From IMG/VR virus record IMGVR_UViG_3300021964_007119, positions 18,180 through 82,179 of that record: 64,000 nucleotides of DNA; one strand, 5' to 3'. Made by a program: the position numbers and the translations under genes. Origin of the DNA: a virus. The notes under the pieces were generated by a model. It worked only from the letters and a program-made list of their open reading frames with translations. It was not told the DNA's origin and searched no databases. Below are positions 10,711-20,638 of the stretch, in pieces. The first letter of the stretch is position 1. Each line of letters begins with the position of its first letter.

Positions 10711-12065
10711 TAGAAGTTAATTCCTTGTCTTACAAATTGTTGTGCAAATTTTAAGTTTTCAGAACCCTCTGATACATTATAATCTGGTATTACTGTAAAC
10801 AAGTTTGGTCTGTAAATAGTAAATCCTCTTTTTGTGTTATTCAAGTTAAAATTTAAATTAAATTCTACACTATATAGTCCACCAAATCTTTTGTGGTCAG
10901 TTGGGATTGGTATTGTTCCTGTTGTTCCATTACCATTAAATTTTTGTTTTGACTCTGATACAAACTTATCATTACTTACTAAATCAATACCATATAATTT
11001 AACTAAAAGTTCTGGTTGTAAAAATTTTATTTTATCCAAATCTGATATTGTTGTATTTATTTTAAATGGAAAACCAACTACATTAGCTGTCTTATAACCC
11101 ATTATAAAAGCTCCGTCAAAAAGTTTAAGTCCACTATCTTCTTTAACTTCTAGTGCTATATCTCTAAGTTTTCTATTATTATCTTGATTCGAATCAATTC
11201 CTAATTCATTGAAAGTATCTATAAAATTAATATCGTTTGACCCTTCTTGGTCTCCACGATTAATATACGCTCCACCACCAGGCCCATAGTTTGTATTTGC
11301 TCCCTTATTACCTATTGTTATTTGGAATCCATCATTTTCTACTGATAAAGATTCTAAATCCATAATTTCAAACGCATCATTAATAACAAAATTACCACCA
11401 ACCATACTATTGTCTAATTGAATAGAACTATCAGTTCCAAGTGTAAATTGATTTGAATAATTTGAATTTGGATTATCAAAGTTTACTATATCTTCAGTTG
11501 TATTAGCATAAGTTACAATTTCTTGTTCTGTTAGGGAATTGAATTGTTTTTTATATTCTTCATTTTTTATCGGTAAAGTTGCTAATCTTATTTCCTTTTT
11601 ACTATTTGATATTTGGTGAACATAGTATTTATAGTCTATTTCTCGTAGTGGTTTTCCTGTTGTTCTTTCAACAACACTACCATCAATCAATACATCATAC
11701 TCACCAGTATAAATTTCGTTATTTTGATTTACTAAAACTGATTCACTACTTCCGGCTACCTCTCTTAAAAAATTAAATTGTATTTCATAATCTCCTGAAA
11801 AATAACCATTTCTTCTCATTATTATTCCTGGATTTATTTTAAACTCACCACTTTTATCAATGTATTTATTTATTTCATTAAGCCTTATGGAATCCAATAA
11901 TGTTCCGTTGGTGTTAAAAATGTTCATTTCAATATAATCTCTTGATGATTTACCAAATTCTGTTCCTTCTTTTTTTCCAAGCGTAGTCTTTCTACCAAGA
12001 GAAATTATATCATAATCTGTATCTGATATATTTGTTTTATATTTTTTATTTAAAAAGTGTGCCAT
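10710..12065 (-). CDS. Putative virion structural protein
   Basis: 451-aa ORF coupled (TAATG) to the 1274-aa protein in the baseplate cluster. Confidence 0.5.
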   Translation of the reverse strand: MAHFLNKKYKTNISDTDYDIISLGRKTTLGKKEGTEFGKSSRDYIEMNIFNTNGTLLDSIRLNEINKYIDKSGEFKINPGIIMRRNGYFSGDYEIQFNFLREVAGSSESVLVNQNNEIYTGEYDVLIDGSVVERTTGKPLREIDYKYYVHQISNSKKEIRLATLPIKNEEYKKQFNSLTEQEIVTYANTTEDIVNFDNPNSNYSNQFTLGTDSSIQLDNSMVGGNFVINDAFEIMDLESLSVENDGFQITIGNKGANTNYGPGGGAYINRGDQEGSNDINFIDTFNELGIDSNQDNNRKLRDIALEVKEDSGLKLFDGAFIMGYKTANVVGFPFKINTTISDLDKIKFLQPELLVKLYGIDLVSNDKFVSESKQKFNGNGTTGTIPIPTDHKRFGGLYSVEFNLNFNLNNTKRGFTIYRPNLFTVIPDYNVSEGSENLKFAQQFVRQGINF

Positions 12066-12067
12066 AA

Positions 12068-12817
12068 TTAACCTGCATTATAAATCATTGGTGAACCTAA
12101 TGGAATAGAATCTAAATCTTCTCTTTCAACTACTAAAATTTCTAATTCAATGTATAGAGACAAAAGTGTTCCCACATAAGAATTAAGAATTTCTTGTGTT
12201 GGAAATTGTCTTCTAACATTATTTTCTAAATAATAAACTTGTAAATAATTATCAATTTTCTCTTCGTCGGTACTGACTAAAACTTCATTCCAACCATTTG
12301 GTGCTATTATATCACCATTAACTAAATCAATTGTGTATCCGTTAGTTCTTTCATCTGGAGTTTTTCTTGATGGTGTTAATAGTGTTGGTGTTACTATTGT
12401 TCCATCATCATCTACATTTTGAAATAATCTTGGTTCTAATACATTGTCTTGTGGTTGATTAGCTAATCTAATGGTAGGTAATGATGTTGGTTGATTTACT
12501 AACTCATCTATTCTTGTATCAATTGTTAAATTAAATTTTTCACCAGATGAATAAACTGGATATTGATTTGGTTTGATAATATTTTGGTCTTCTCTATCTA
12601 ATCCAGCTCTTTTAAATGGTTCTTTTAATCTAACTTCATCATTAATATTTTCGAAACTTAACAAAGTCCCGTTTTCGTCAATTATATGATTTCTTATTTC
12701 ATTATCAATTTGGTCTTGTTGAGCTTCATCAAGATATAAATTATATTCATCTTGTCTGGCTTTTTTTCTATCTTGATACCATTGATAGTTTTCTAATTCT
12801 TCTCGTGTGTAAGGCAC
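12068..12817 (-). CDS. Hypothetical protein (acidic, structural cluster)
   Basis: 249-aa ORF, GTG start. Confidence 0.45.
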   Translation of the reverse strand: MPYTREELENYQWYQDRKKARQDEYNLYLDEAQQDQIDNEIRNHIIDENGTLLSFENINDEVRLKEPFKRAGLDREDQNIIKPNQYPVYSSGEKFNLTIDTRIDELVNQPTSLPTIRLANQPQDNVLEPRLFQNVDDDGTIVTPTLLTPSRKTPDERTNGYTIDLVNGDIIAPNGWNEVLVSTDEEKIDNYLQVYYLENNVRRQFPTQEILNSYVGTLLSLYIELEILVVEREDLDSIPLGSPMIYNAG

Positions 12818-12821
12818 TTGT

Positions 12822-13922
12822 TTACCTCGTTACTTTAAATATGTGGTCATTGTCTACAATATGTTCTACTCTTGTGTTTCCACTACCACTAACTACCTTG
12901 TAAAGAAAACGATAATGTCTTTCTGGTTGAAATGCGTTTAAATCTAATCTGAAAAAGTTTCCAGTTCCATCACAACTTAAGTAAGAACCTGTTGAAAATG
13001 GAATAATAACATCTTCTGTCAAAGCATCTCTAACTGAATATTGACTTTGACTTGGAATAAATTTCACAGTTAAATTTTGTGAACTTGTTGAATAAGTTCT
13101 TGTTGGAAATCTTTCACGACCATATACTCTAAATTTAACTTTTGATTTTTCTTTATATTCTTCTCTTAAACCTGACATATAAACCATAACTTCATCAACA
13201 TCATCTGCGTCCAATGTAGATAGTGAACCAGTATTAAATACTGAATCATCATATTCTACTTCTAACTTTGGTGGATAAATTGTATGTGTGTCTCTTGAAA
13301 AGAATGCAAAATGTCCAAGTCTATTCGTACTTCCCTCGTCTAATGAAGATGATGTATTACCTACACTACCAGAGCGTTTTACCATAAATCCTTCGTTTGC
13401 TATAGAACCACTTAACCATAGTTTAGTGATGTCAGTTACATCCATTCTCATATCGGTTGTTTCGTGATTAAACGATTGTGATGCTTCATATTGATTAAAC
13501 CAAGTTCCACCAGTATTGTTTGAACCACTAATCCATTGTGTTCCAGTTGTTTCTCCGTCACGATATCTCCAAGAACAACCATCAGTAGTTGCTGGTTGGT
13601 CGAAGAATCTACCATCACCTTGAACCCAAGACTGACTTACTGGATAAGCAAATAATAATTGACTTGTTGTTAATTCTTTTGAGTTAGCGTCATATAAATT
13701 TAAATAATATCTTGCATTTTCAGGAATAATTCCTGCTACAATTGATGACGATATATCTGCTAAATCAAACTTTATTAAAGCTCTTGAAACATTTACAACC
13801 GAACCATCGGCGTTCATATCTTTACGAACTTCTAATATTTCATCTAACCCAGTATTTCTACTTTGAGTAGCACTACCTTCGTATAGTGTTGAATCTTTTT
13901 CTGCAAATGAAAAGAAATGCAT
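12822..13922 (-). CDS. Virion structural protein with DNRLRE-like beta-sandwich
   Basis: EKDSTLY...SRALIKFDL...DVTDI...PKLEVEY pattern; SGS-rich. Confidence 0.6.
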   Translation of the reverse strand: MHFFSFAEKDSTLYEGSATQSRNTGLDEILEVRKDMNADGSVVNVSRALIKFDLADISSSIVAGIIPENARYYLNLYDANSKELTTSQLLFAYPVSQSWVQGDGRFFDQPATTDGCSWRYRDGETTGTQWISGSNNTGGTWFNQYEASQSFNHETTDMRMDVTDITKLWLSGSIANEGFMVKRSGSVGNTSSSLDEGSTNRLGHFAFFSRDTHTIYPPKLEVEYDDSVFNTGSLSTLDADDVDEVMVYMSGLREEYKEKSKVKFRVYGRERFPTRTYSTSSQNLTVKFIPSQSQYSVRDALTEDVIIPFSTGSYLSCDGTGNFFRLDLNAFQPERHYRFLYKVVSGSGNTRVEHIVDNDHIFKVTR

Positions 13923-13924
13923 TA

Positions 13925-15892
13925 TTAGTATCCTCCTTGATTAGTGTTTGTTCCAACGACTTCTCCACGAATATCTTTTAGTGGAAACTTAAGTTCAAAT
14001 ATACTTGGGTCTAATGATGGATATAGAATCCCATTTTTTAGGGCTGTATCAACATCATATCCATTACCACTATATCCTTCTGATGTTTCAAATTTATTTA
14101 CTATTTTAATATCAGTTACTGAAGCTACACCATCTACTAATGATATTTCGTATCCTAAATCACTCAATACTATTGGTTGATTTATTTGCCAATTATCAAT
14201 ATTAAAAAATTCTGATACTCTTTCATTTGCTAAACCAAGAACTTGTTCTTGTGAGAAGTTTGATTTGGTAATGATTTTATATTGAACACCTATGTTAATT
14301 ATGTATCCGTTTTTAATATTTACTGCGTCAGTAATTGGTCTAAATCTTGTTAAGTAAGTTTTTAAATTTTGTTTTACTGCATCATTTACAAGTGATAACT
14401 TTCTATTAGAGTTATACCCCAATACATATAGGTTTAATGCTAATGGATTAGGTATTCTGTTTTGTATTTCTGAAAGTGGTTTACCAACATCTTCTTGTGT
14501 TATTTCATAACTTGATTGTGGTGTTCCACTTAGTTGGTCATCTTGAACTATATAAGCTTTTGCAATGTTTCCATATTTGTCAGGTAATGCATAAGTTCTA
14601 ATGATATAATCTTCTTTAGTAACTGCTCTACCTTGAGCTTGAAAATAAGCTTTAATATTTTCTCTCAACTCGTCAACACTTTCTGCACCAAGACCACCTG
14701 ACGATGCTTCTGGATTAGAAATTCTAACTGATTGTTTTACGGTATCTAATGTTGATTGACTTAAGTTAGTAGAATCTATTTCTAATGTGATACCAGCAAT
14801 CTTATTAATTTCATCAACACCAACATTGTCTTGAATACCACCACCATATTGATAAGTAATTGATAGTGTTGTGTTGGAAGGTGCTAACCCGTAAGTTTTT
14901 GTTTTTAAAAAATTACTTGGGTCAAATGTTTCATAAATTTTTGAAGGACTATCTGGTAGATTAGAACCAACATTATCAGGATTTGGAATAATGTCTTCAT
15001 CTGCATTATCACTAACACCGGCTCCAAATCGTAATTCTGTTTTTCCATCTGGTCTTCTGTAAGTTGTAAATCTTCTTGATACTCTTTTTAATTTTAATAG
15101 ATAAGGAACATCATCTGAGTATTGTGCTAATCCTGGGTCATTGTTTGAATTATTTTCTACTTCATCAAATACTGTATCTTGTGCTAAAGAATCAACTTCG
15201 TTCCAATTGTTTCCGTCTGAATCTACTACACTTATAATGTCTATGATACTAGTGTTTGATAATTTAATTCTTGAATATTTTTTAGCACTTGTAAAAGTAA
15301 AATCTTCACTTGTAATAGCACCACTTTGTGCTTGAACTTGTTTTTTTAACAAATAAAATGTTGGTGAATCATTACTATCGGTTTCAAATACCGTAGTAAC
15401 TCTTGGTGAAGAAGTTGTGTTGTTGTATCTAAAATCACAACCTTGTATTGTTCTGAAAGTTACTCCGTCTGATGTTTCAACGCGAGCTCCTACTGGAATA
15501 TTTAATGCATAATCATAATCGGGTTCTATACTAGATGCTGTTCCTTTTGCTGGAACTAATTGAAATATGTCTAGTGTTACTTGTGAAGGAGCAGTTAATC
15601 TTGGTTTATATCCAAATGTTTGAGCCATTGAATATAAAGTTCTTAATTCTTCCGAATATCCTAATAAAGATTCTTTGAATTGTGAATCAACATAATATGA
15701 CATAACATCACCAACATAAGATGCCATTTCAATAAACATCATACCAGGTGATGATTCGTTAAAATCTTTGTAAGTGTTTGGATAATATTGTTTTGAAAAC
15801 TCAATCAAGTTATTTCTAATTTGAGAGAAGTCTTTATTTAAATACCTCACTTCTTTATTTACTTTTCCAGTTTTATTACTTCTGTATGCCAT
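13925..15892 (-). CDS. Baseplate wedge subunit (T4 gp6 / baseplate J-like)
   Basis: YLNKDFSQIR...DFNESSPGMMFIE...AQGRAVTKEDY; next to gp25. Confidence 0.85.
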   Translation of the reverse strand: MAYRSNKTGKVNKEVRYLNKDFSQIRNNLIEFSKQYYPNTYKDFNESSPGMMFIEMASYVGDVMSYYVDSQFKESLLGYSEELRTLYSMAQTFGYKPRLTAPSQVTLDIFQLVPAKGTASSIEPDYDYALNIPVGARVETSDGVTFRTIQGCDFRYNNTTSSPRVTTVFETDSNDSPTFYLLKKQVQAQSGAITSEDFTFTSAKKYSRIKLSNTSIIDIISVVDSDGNNWNEVDSLAQDTVFDEVENNSNNDPGLAQYSDDVPYLLKLKRVSRRFTTYRRPDGKTELRFGAGVSDNADEDIIPNPDNVGSNLPDSPSKIYETFDPSNFLKTKTYGLAPSNTTLSITYQYGGGIQDNVGVDEINKIAGITLEIDSTNLSQSTLDTVKQSVRISNPEASSGGLGAESVDELRENIKAYFQAQGRAVTKEDYIIRTYALPDKYGNIAKAYIVQDDQLSGTPQSSYEITQEDVGKPLSEIQNRIPNPLALNLYVLGYNSNRKLSLVNDAVKQNLKTYLTRFRPITDAVNIKNGYIINIGVQYKIITKSNFSQEQVLGLANERVSEFFNIDNWQINQPIVLSDLGYEISLVDGVASVTDIKIVNKFETSEGYSGNGYDVDTALKNGILYPSLDPSIFELKFPLKDIRGEVVGTNTNQGGY

Positions 15893-15901
15893 TATTTACT
15901 C

Positions 15902-16345
15902 CTAATATCCACCACTAGTTGTTGTTGACTCTGATGTAGTGTCAAAATTTAATGTGATAGAATTAAATCTATTTGGTTCATAGTTTAAAGAAAAATCAAT
16001 ATCTACTTTTGTTTCTGTTGGATTGGTTTCGTTTTGAATTACATCAACTTTCGCTATATCAATGTATGGTAACCAAGTAGACATTGCTTCTTGTATTTCT
16101 TGTTTTATTCTTTCGGTTAAATCTTCTGTATATTGTTCAAACAATAAATCTCTTAAACGAGAGCCGAAGTTAGGTTGCATTACTCGTTCACCTTTAGCGG
16201 TTAGTAAAAGGTTTTTTATGTTAGAACCCGCTTGTTCTAATGTTGTTTCCGTTTGTGGAAATAAACCTGACTTTCCTCTATTGAAAGGTAGTTTTAAACC
16301 GATACGAATATCTGGGTTTAAATCATTTTCTCTTGCACTTGCCAT
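15902..16345 (-). CDS. Baseplate wedge protein gp25 / GPW-like (sheath initiator)
   Basis: NIKNLLLTAKGERVMQPNFGSRL...WLPYI. Confidence 0.9.
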   Translation of the reverse strand: MASARENDLNPDIRIGLKLPFNRGKSGLFPQTETTLEQAGSNIKNLLLTAKGERVMQPNFGSRLRDLLFEQYTEDLTERIKQEIQEAMSTWLPYIDIAKVDVIQNETNPTETKVDIDFSLNYEPNRFNSITLNFDTTSESTTTSGGY

Positions 16346-16770
16346 TATTTACCTTTTTTCTTATCTATAGCTTTTATTAAATCTGAATAGTCTCTTGTCA
16401 AAGCGTTCTTTAAGTGCTCTGGAGCTGCTTCTGGATTCATACCCGCACTTTTCATTGTGCTTGCGGCCGCTACTTCTCGTTTAACTTCTTTATTTCCCAA
16501 ACCACCGCCGTATCCTAACATTTCGGTCATACGACTTGTATCAAAAGTTCCCCCGCCTAATGTTGGGTATTCTTCTTGTTGTTGAGCAGTTTCGTTTAGA
16601 ATTTTATTAAGAACCGAGTTGTCTGTAAACTTCTGTTCCTTAACTTTTTTCTTAACTACTGGTTTTGTTTTGGGAATATTTGTTTCGTTAATAAGTATAT
16701 CGGTTATCTGTTTTTTAACCTCTTGTTTGACAACTTCTTTTATTAATGATACTAATTTATTCGATTTCAT
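16345..16770 (-). CDS. Hypothetical protein, probably virion-associated
   Basis: 141-aa ORF with SD AGGAG in the structural operon. Confidence 0.5.
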   Translation of the reverse strand: MKSNKLVSLIKEVVKQEVKKQITDILINETNIPKTKPVVKKKVKEQKFTDNSVLNKILNETAQQQEEYPTLGGGTFDTSRMTEMLGYGGGLGNKEVKREVAAASTMKSAGMNPEAAPEHLKNALTRDYSDLIKAIDKKKGK

Positions 16771-16778
16771 TTTTACTC

Positions 16779-18035
16779 CTAATCTGTTATGATATCCCTT
16801 CTTAAAAAATCTCCTTTTGCAAATTTACTAATTACTTTTGTAAGTTTACCAAGTGCTATTGCAAAACCAACTGGGTCTGTTGCAGCTTTCGGTGTTGCTT
16901 GTTCTAAACCTTTTTGAGCATTTTTATATTCATTTTCTAATTTTACAAATTCATCTGTTTTAAGTGTTGGTCTTAAATTTGTTATTTGTCCTAAAGTTTT
17001 ACTTGGGTCAATTTTTATATTGTTTAACTTTTGTTGTAATTGTTTTAGTTCTTCAAATTCTTTTTGTGGAACATTACCAAGTTTTTTAATTTCTTCAATA
17101 CACTTTTGAATTTCTCTTTTTACAGCTTCAATAGGGCCGTTTCTTAAATTATCTAAAATCTTTTTGGTTTCACCAGTAAATATTGTTCCGTCTTTTTGAT
17201 TATGTTTTATTTCAACATTTTTTCCAATAACTTCATTAAGTTCTCCTGATTGTTGTCTAAGAACTTGTTTGGCGTTTAAAACAATATAATCGGCATCCAA
17301 CACAATTACTGAACCTTTAGTATAAATATCACTTAAATCTGGATTTGGATTTTTTATTTCTTGACTACTACCTCTACCTTGAACATAAATTGAAGCTTCA
17401 TCTTTTTCTAAATCGTGTTTTACTGGTTCATTTACTTCAAGTTCTTCGGTGTTGTGTCCGGCTACTATTTGAACACTTGGAACTAAATCGTTTTCACCAA
17501 TTTTTATAGAACTAGCATATCTACCAGTTAAAACTAAATCACCACGATTAGCTTCTATGTTTCTTTGATATCTAAAATCTTCATCTGTTGTTTGTATAGA
17601 AATTTTTGTGTTGTTTCTATCACTTAGTCCTGTTTTAATATTATTGTTTGGATTGTTTTTTATATTGATAATATCACTATAATAAGTTTGTCCAAAATAA
17701 TTTACACATACAACATTTTCACCAACAACAGGATATCTTTTTATTTGTGTATCTATTGGCAGTATGTGGACACCATCACCTAAAATTTGTTGGTCTTTAT
17801 TGTTACACCAACTTCCTTTTATAGCTCCGTAATATTTGTAGTTTGGTTTTCCATTAGATTTTTTTGGAAGTTTATTTTTATCTAGTAAAACTTCTTTTAC
17901 TTCTAGTGGTTCAAGTTCATAAAAATCATATTCTCTTGAATCCATTATTCTATGAATATCAGAGTGAATTCTTTGAACTTGTGAATTACCAAAACTTGTT
18001 ATGTTTGATGATTTGGTTTTTCTTCTTTCGGCCAT
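16779..18035 (-). CDS. Putative baseplate hub/spike (gp5-like) protein
   Basis: YPVVGENV OB-like segment and GDLVLTGRYASSIKIG beta-strand repeat; upstream of gp25. Confidence 0.45.
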   Translation of the reverse strand: MAERRKTKSSNITSFGNSQVQRIHSDIHRIMDSREYDFYELEPLEVKEVLLDKNKLPKKSNGKPNYKYYGAIKGSWCNNKDQQILGDGVHILPIDTQIKRYPVVGENVVCVNYFGQTYYSDIINIKNNPNNNIKTGLSDRNNTKISIQTTDEDFRYQRNIEANRGDLVLTGRYASSIKIGENDLVPSVQIVAGHNTEELEVNEPVKHDLEKDEASIYVQGRGSSQEIKNPNPDLSDIYTKGSVIVLDADYIVLNAKQVLRQQSGELNEVIGKNVEIKHNQKDGTIFTGETKKILDNLRNGPIEAVKREIQKCIEEIKKLGNVPQKEFEELKQLQQKLNNIKIDPSKTLGQITNLRPTLKTDEFVKLENEYKNAQKGLEQATPKAATDPVGFAIALGKLTKVISKFAKGDFLRRDIITD

Positions 18036-18036
18036 T

Positions 18037-18426
18037 TTATTGTTTAGATTCTATATCTTTTCTAATTTTATCAGATGTTTCTTGCAAATCTTTTGTATCG
18101 TGTTCTAATATAGTGTTCATAATATCTTGTTTTTCTATTTCAGATAAACCAAATTCACTTTCTGCTTCACCCTTACTTTCTGCAGAAATAATTTTCTGAA
18201 CAATGTTAGCTAACTTTACTAATAACTCATCATTACGAACATTGATTTCTAAATACTCTTTAATCATTGGAACTATCTGAACAGCTGTATCTCCGTCTTT
18301 AATCATAGAAGTAATGTTCTTAGTTAAGACATCTAATTGTTTTCTGTTGTAGTTTTGATTTTCGTAAATATCTTGAAACAACGACGATAATGACTTTCCT
18401 TTAAATATTTCATAATCGTTTGACAT
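18037..18426 (-). CDS. Helical hypothetical protein
   Basis: 129-aa ORF preceded by the late-type motif. Confidence 0.5.
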   Translation of the reverse strand: MSNDYEIFKGKSLSSLFQDIYENQNYNRKQLDVLTKNITSMIKDGDTAVQIVPMIKEYLEINVRNDELLVKLANIVQKIISAESKGEAESEFGLSEIEKQDIMNTILEHDTKDLQETSDKIRKDIESKQ

Positions 18427-18458
18427 AATATAATCCTTTAACTATAAATATATGGAAA

Positions 18459-18501
18459 CAAAAAAAGGGAACAAAATAAATTAATACTCTGTCCCCCTTT
18501 T
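18459..18501 (-). terminator. Rho-independent terminator
   Basis: Minus strand AAGGGGGACAGAGTA-loop-TATTTTGTTCCCTT followed by a T-run, after the 82-aa gene. Confidence 0.7.
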
Positions 18502-18546
18502 CAGTTTAAGTAATATGTAGGAAATATTACTTATTATTTCGCGTTC

Positions 18547-18795
18547 CTACTTACGAATTAGACCTAATAATATCACTAATGTGATGAAACCAGCAAAACC
18601 GCTTTCACCAAACATATTAACAAGTGACATTAAATTAGCTATAACATCTAACCCAAATAATCCGCCTTGGAATATAATTCCTGCAACGGCACCCAGGCCA
18701 ATAAGAGAAATAAGAACTGACATTAAGTCGTCTACATATCCCTTTATTAATTTAATGATGTCTTTCATAGTTTGTTTCCTCCGTATTGTGAACAA
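18547..18795 (-). CDS. Small two-helix membrane protein
   Basis: Two hydrophobic segments; likely start MKDII after SD GGAGG. Confidence 0.6.
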   Translation of the reverse strand: MFTIRRKQTMKDIIKLIKGYVDDLMSVLISLIGLGAVAGIIFQGGLFGLDVIANLMSLVNMFGESGFAGFITLVILLGLIRK

Positions 18796-18842
18796 ATATA
18801 CCCCACATACGCGGGGTAATCCTAAATAACTATCTATATTTA

Positions 18843-19559
18843 TTAGTTATGAATAACAAAAGACCCAGTGGTCTTTGTGTCAATGAATCCATTTACTTGA
18901 AATTCCTTGTAAATACCTTTCTGATACTTTTTCATTACATTGATAACTCGTGTAATGTGTTGTGTGTTTGATTGTGTCATTTCTCTAATTAAGATGTATA
19001 GAGCTTTTTTATTAAACAATTCTATATTACCTTTGATTCTAAAAATATGTAATACTGCATCAGCAACTCTTACATCTTTTTGTCGTCTAAATATTACATT
19101 CATATTGTTATCCCAATACTCTAACATCTGTTGAACAAATTCATTAAACTCTTGGTTTGTATTTTTTTGAGAAATCTCTGTTTGAATACTTCTATCCCAA
19201 TCCATAACATCAATCTTGTCGTGTGTTTTCATTTTTTTATAATTGTTGTTGTTATGTAGGATTAAATAATTTTTAGCTACGATACTAAAATATGAAAATG
19301 CTTTTCCTTTACCTGATGTAAACTTATGCATATTCATAACTAAAAAACTTACTACTTCATTTTTAACTTCTTCTGATGAAACATCAAAATAATAAAACTT
19401 AAATGTGTGAATTATGTTTTCACATAATTTATCAAAAGCATCTTTTATGTGGTCGTTGTATATTCTATTTCTCATAGCAGGTCTTTCTTCGTTGTTATAA
19501 CGAATAATTGCTTTTTCTGTTACATCTGTAAAGTAATAATTTTTTCTCTTACGGCCCAT
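18843..19559 (-). CDS. Phage RNA polymerase sigma-factor-like protein (probably late)
   Basis: Region-2-like KFTSGKGKAFSYFSIVAKNYLI; C-terminal helical segment. Confidence 0.7.
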   Translation of the reverse strand: MGRKRKNYYFTDVTEKAIIRYNNEERPAMRNRIYNDHIKDAFDKLCENIIHTFKFYYFDVSSEEVKNEVVSFLVMNMHKFTSGKGKAFSYFSIVAKNYLILHNNNNYKKMKTHDKIDVMDWDRSIQTEISQKNTNQEFNEFVQQMLEYWDNNMNVIFRRQKDVRVADAVLHIFRIKGNIELFNKKALYILIREMTQSNTQHITRVINVMKKYQKGIYKEFQVNGFIDTKTTGSFVIHN

Positions 19560-19826
19560 TTAGTTCTCCTCAGTAATTTCTGTTAATTCCTCAAGTGATT
19601 GAACTTCTTGTTTTATTTGTTCAAACACTTGACCCACCTCATCATCAACTTCAAAGTATCCTTTGTAATCAATCTTTCTAATATTTGTATTTACTTCATT
19701 AATCTTATCAATATAATCTTCAACCCAATCCTCAAGTTGTTCTTGTTTAACCAATAAGTTATAAACTGCATAAATTAATGATACTGAAAGTATTACAAAA
19801 AATCCTAATGTTATTTCTAATATCAT
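19560..19826 (-). CDS. Membrane-anchored coiled-coil hypothetical protein
   Basis: N-terminal hydrophobic helix. Confidence 0.5.
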   Translation of the reverse strand: MILEITLGFFVILSVSLIYAVYNLLVKQEQLEDWVEDYIDKINEVNTNIRKIDYKGYFEVDDEVGQVFEQIKQEVQSLEELTEITEEN

Positions 19827-20638
19827 TTTTTATCTCCAAATAATTCATCAAATAAGTCATTAGATATTTTACCAGGTTTATCTTGTAGTTCTACTGGTTT
19901 ATCATTACTACCTAAAACTTCTTTGATGTTTTTTATTTTTTCAAATGTTTCTGTTTCTTCTTTTTCAATTGATTCTTTTGTTAAACGACCCTCTATCTGA
20001 GCGGCCATCATATCAGCTTGATGAAGAATATATTGTATTGTAGAACGAAGTTGAAACTCTGATTTATACGCTACTAAATAACTTTTATTTGCTTCTTCAT
20101 ACATTCCGTCTGTTAATCTGATTCCGATAAATTCTTTTTTAGTAATTGGTATATTATAATGTTGTAGTAAAAAGAAAGCTCTATCTGTTACTGACATATA
20201 TTCACACTTTGGATTGTGTGTAAATATTTCCCCCATATTCTTTCTTCTCCACTCGTTGTCTTGTGGAATATAATAATCATTTTCTAAATCACCAACTTTA
20301 CCTAAGTCGTGGTGTAAGGCCGAAAATACTAATTCTTCATCTGTAAAATCTATTTTACAATTACTTTGTTCCCACAACTCTTTTACTTTTAATGAAAAAT
20401 CTACTACTCTTAATATATGGTCTACATAACCACCTAACATTGCGTTATGATAGTGTTCTTTAGCACTTGCGGGAGCCATCATAAATCTATCTTTCATATC
20501 TTCATACATCTTTAATACTTTTTCTTTCCTATCACCAGTAATGTGAAGTTGGATTGTATTAATTAATGAATCATAATTCTGTTGTATTTGTTCTGCTGTA
20601 AGTTCTCTCATTTTACCACCATTGGTTTTCTTTATCAT
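19823..20638 (-). CDS. HD-domain phosphohydrolase
   Basis: HYHNA...GGYVDHIL...ALHHDLGK...HQAD. Confidence 0.82.
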   Translation of the reverse strand: MIKKTNGGKMRELTAEQIQQNYDSLINTIQLHITGDRKEKVLKMYEDMKDRFMMAPASAKEHYHNAMLGGYVDHILRVVDFSLKVKELWEQSNCKIDFTDEELVFSALHHDLGKVGDLENDYYIPQDNEWRRKNMGEIFTHNPKCEYMSVTDRAFFLLQHYNIPITKKEFIGIRLTDGMYEEANKSYLVAYKSEFQLRSTIQYILHQADMMAAQIEGRLTKESIEKEETETFEKIKNIKEVLGSNDKPVELQDKPGKISNDLFDELFGDKK

